Positions 61,445-64,000 of a stretch of DNA of 64,000 nt are shown here, one piece after another. Source of the DNA: an uncultured Pseudomonadota bacterium (GTDB taxonomy: Bacteria; Oederibacteriota; Muellerivitia; Muellerivitales; Muellerivitaceae). Within the stretch, counting starts at the first letter, position 1. Each line of letters starts with the position of its first letter. The notes below the pieces were generated by a model, which searched no databases, was not told the DNA's origin, and saw nothing but the letters and a program-made list of their open reading frames with translations. The stretch lies in the NCBI GenBank assembly GCA_963843375.1, contig CAWJKT010000010.1:105424-169423 (forward strand), read 5' to 3'. The position numbers and the translations under genes were made by a program.

Positions 61445-63289
61445 ATGTCCAAAATAAAAACCCTCCCTGAAAAAGTCATCAACCAGATCGCTGCGGGCGA
61501 AGTGGTGGAAAGGCCTTCTTCCGTCATTAAAGAGCTCATGGAAAACGCCTTGGATGCCAAAGCCACATGGATCGAAGTGGAAATTAAGGAAGGTGGCCTC
61601 AAGCTCCTTAAAGTAACTGACAACGGAGAAGGAATGACCCCGGAAGATGCATTACTATCCATTCAAAAACACGCCACCAGTAAAATTTTCTCGGTTGATG
61701 ACCTTTCGAACCTTAATACATTCGGCTTTCGTGGGGAGGCCCTGGCCAGTATCGCTTCGGTATCTCATTTTGAGTTATCCACCCAAACCAAAGACTCGCT
61801 TTCAGGTATTTCGGTCAAGATCATGGGTGGAGGTGCTCCCAAGAGCTTCGAAACAAGCCGCCCGGTTGGGACGACCATCACGATTGCCAATCTTTTCTTC
61901 AATACACCCGCCCGGTTAAAATTCATGAAAAAACAATCCACCGAGGAACACCATATTCACACGGTGGTAACAACTTATGCATTAGCCTTTCCGCAGGTCG
62001 GCTTTAAATTAACGATTGATGGCAAGGAATCGCTCCAAGTTACTCCCTCTGATTTTCCCGCCCGTCTTTCCAAGATTTTCGGCAAAGAATTAGCTTCCTC
62101 ATTTCTCCCGTTGGATTTCCAGGGGTCAGGTCTCAAAATCCATGGAGTAGTCAGCGCGCCCACCGTGACCAAGCCAACCCGCGAAAACATGCTTTATTTC
62201 GTCAATCAACGTTGGATTTCCAATATCTCCCTGGGCCACGCGCTCATGACGGCTTTTCATTCACTTCTTCCCACCCGCCGGTTTCCAGTAGCTGTACTTT
62301 TCCTGGAAGTGGCGAAAGATCAGGTGGATGTAAATGTCCACCCCACCAAAAAAGAAATAAAATTCGCAAAAGATCGGGAAATATACGACGCGGTGGTCCG
62401 TTGCGTTCGCAACGCTTTACTTTCCGCCCCAGGATCATTGCAACCAAGCGGTTCAAATCCATTACCAAGTCCTTCTTTTGCCCCAAGCCATTCGAGATAT
62501 CCTCACAATCCCTCCCAACCCTTTGTTTTGCCCGAAGGCACCCCAGTCTTGTCTTCCGGTCCTCCGGCCGAAACTCTCCTTGACCGAATTGCCCAAAAAA
62601 TCCTTCCCGAAGGAGGCAGGCAAAGGGAAGAACATGTATCCTTTGATTCACTCGGCTTTGAAAAAACCACCTTACAAGCCCGAAGGATCGATTCACATAC
62701 CCCGCTTTACAATTTCAGCCAGCTCTTTAATACCTTTATTGTTTTCCAATCCGACCAAGAAATGTTTATTGCGGACCAGCACACCGTACACGAGAGGCTT
62801 AATTACGAAAGGTTGATGAAAGCCGTTCGGGAAAGGAAACTGGAAATCCAACCTCTCTTAGTCCCCGTCACGGTTGAATTGAGCGCCAAGGAAGCCCAAG
62901 TTCTCAAAAACAATCAAGAAATCCTGATGGAACTTGGGATGGAAGTTACGCCTTTCGGCGGAAATACTTTTTTGGTCCGTAGCGTTCCCGCTGACCTGGC
63001 GGGAAAGAACTTGGTGACCATTGTGAAAGATTTGATTGATGACTTGGCTTCCCAGGACGCTTCCGGAATCAAATCAGCTAACCGCCTAGATCAAGCCAGG
63101 GAAAGAACCGCCACCTTCATGTCTTGCCGTAGCGCCGTTATGGCGGGGGATCGCTTGAACGAAGACCAAATGAAAAGACTTATCGATCAGATGCGCGAGG
63201 CCAACCTCCCATTTACATGCCCTCATGGAAGACCCACGATTCTTTCGATTCCTCTTTCCGACCTTTACCGGCGTTTTGATAGACACTAG
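61445..63289 (+). CDS. mutL: DNA mismatch repair endonuclease MutL
   Basis: NQIAAGEVVERP, HATSKI, GFRGEAL, VDVNVHP.K, DQHTVHER, CPHGRP. Confidence 0.97.
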   Translation: MSKIKTLPEKVINQIAAGEVVERPSSVIKELMENALDAKATWIEVEIKEGGLKLLKVTDNGEGMTPEDALLSIQKHATSKIFSVDDLSNLNTFGFRGEALASIASVSHFELSTQTKDSLSGISVKIMGGGAPKSFETSRPVGTTITIANLFFNTPARLKFMKKQSTEEHHIHTVVTTYALAFPQVGFKLTIDGKESLQVTPSDFPARLSKIFGKELASSFLPLDFQGSGLKIHGVVSAPTVTKPTRENMLYFVNQRWISNISLGHALMTAFHSLLPTRRFPVAVLFLEVAKDQVDVNVHPTKKEIKFAKDREIYDAVVRCVRNALLSAPGSLQPSGSNPLPSPSFAPSHSRYPHNPSQPFVLPEGTPVLSSGPPAETLLDRIAQKILPEGGRQREEHVSFDSLGFEKTTLQARRIDSHTPLYNFSQLFNTFIVFQSDQEMFIADQHTVHERLNYERLMKAVRERKLEIQPLLVPVTVELSAKEAQVLKNNQEILMELGMEVTPFGGNTFLVRSVPADLAGKNLVTIVKDLIDDLASQDASGIKSANRLDQARERTATFMSCRSAVMAGDRLNEDQMKRLIDQMREANLPFTCPHGRPTILSIPLSDLYRRFDRH

Positions 63290-63342
63290 GAAATTTTATA
63301 ACTTAAATGTTATGTTTTAAATTCAAAGGCGACAATCCACCC

Positions 63343-64000
63343 ATGTCCGATAACTCAAACCTTATTACCTTAAAACTAAAAATGCCTATTCTGGTCGGTC
63401 CCACCGGGGTGGGTAAATCCGAGATTGCTTTTCTTTTAGCGAAACGGTTGAAAGCCGAAATCATTTCAGCGGACGCCTTTCAAGTCTATCGGGGCTTAGA
63501 AGTGGGAACAGCCCAACCCTTAAAAGAATGGCAAAAAGAAATCCCTCATCATTTAATCGGAACTAGGGATCCCGGGGAAAATTGGAACGCCGTGGAGTTT
63601 GCCCGGGAGGCAAAAAAAATAATAGATCACCACTTGAACCTGGGAAAGTCTTTAATATTGGTGGGGGGAGCTGGTTTTTACATTCGAGCCTTGGTGGAAG
63701 GGCCTCCCGGCGGAAATTCTCCCCGACCTGAACTCCGGTCCTTTGTCCAAGAAAAAGTAAAGGAATTGGGAAATGAAAAGGCCCTAGCGTGGCTTCGGGA
63801 AAAAGATTCTGCCGCCGGGGAACGTCTTCATGTAAATGATATTCAAAGGATTTGCAGGGCCTTGGAAAAAACCTTTGAAACAGATGTAACGAAAATGGAT
63901 TACATACCTATCGGGGCAGAAAATGTTTTGTTTTTTGGTTTTGAAAAGTCCAGGGATAAACTGGATGAACTCCTGCGGATCCGGAGCGAATCTATGTGGC
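63343..64000 (+). CDS. miaA: tRNA dimethylallyltransferase, partial (runs off the window)
   Basis: ILVGPTGVGKS, IISADAFQVYRGL.VGTA, PHHLIG, VGGAGFYI; usual mutL-miaA order. Confidence 0.92.
   Translation, partial: MSDNSNLITLKLKMPILVGPTGVGKSEIAFLLAKRLKAEIISADAFQVYRGLEVGTAQPLKEWQKEIPHHLIGTRDPGENWNAVEFAREAKKIIDHHLNLGKSLILVGGAGFYIRALVEGPPGGNSPRPELRSFVQEKVKELGNEKALAWLREKDSAAGERLHVNDIQRICRALEKTFETDVTKMDYIPIGAENVLFFGFEKSRDKLDELLRIRSESMW

Overview
Chromosomal window from a diderm bacterium (lptE, murJ, predicted outer-membrane proteins); I cannot assign the taxon from sequence alone. It opens in the 3' half of tRNA-Ala(GGC), followed by a long + strand housekeeping run: dGTPase, argD-F-G-H, lysA-dapA-dapB-(FAH)-dapL, folK-dNK-panBCD-nadA-nadX, a PilH/I/G-like ABC trio, PfkB kinase, xseA-(large unknown secreted protein)-xseB-ispA-DUF212-dxs, LysM/M23, and a fused indolepyruvate oxidoreductase. 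An accessory stretch (~32-46.5 kb) follows, then recN, short argA, leuS-lptE-holA, rpsT, murJ, ogt, a Ser/Thr kinase-NHL plus FHA-GAF-adenylate cyclase pair, mutL and a partial miaA. Many essential genes between ~2.7 and 19 kb (and leuS) are broken by small indels, most likely sequencing errors. The three strongest leads: (1) five co-oriented copies of a 28-bp palindrome (consensus TGTCCACGACGGGGACCCGTCGTGGACA), each following one gene or toxin-antitoxin module at 36.2-39.3 kb, resembling a non-integron gene-cassette array; (2) a CruR/CutF-like Cys/His leader ORF whose stop codon abuts a 13-bp stem hiding the ribosome-binding site of a Met-rich outer-membrane protein, a candidate metal-sensing translational switch; (3) a soluble kinase-NHL plus FHA-GAF-cyclase phospho-cAMP module between ogt and mutL. 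All calls come from motif recognition; no database searches were run.
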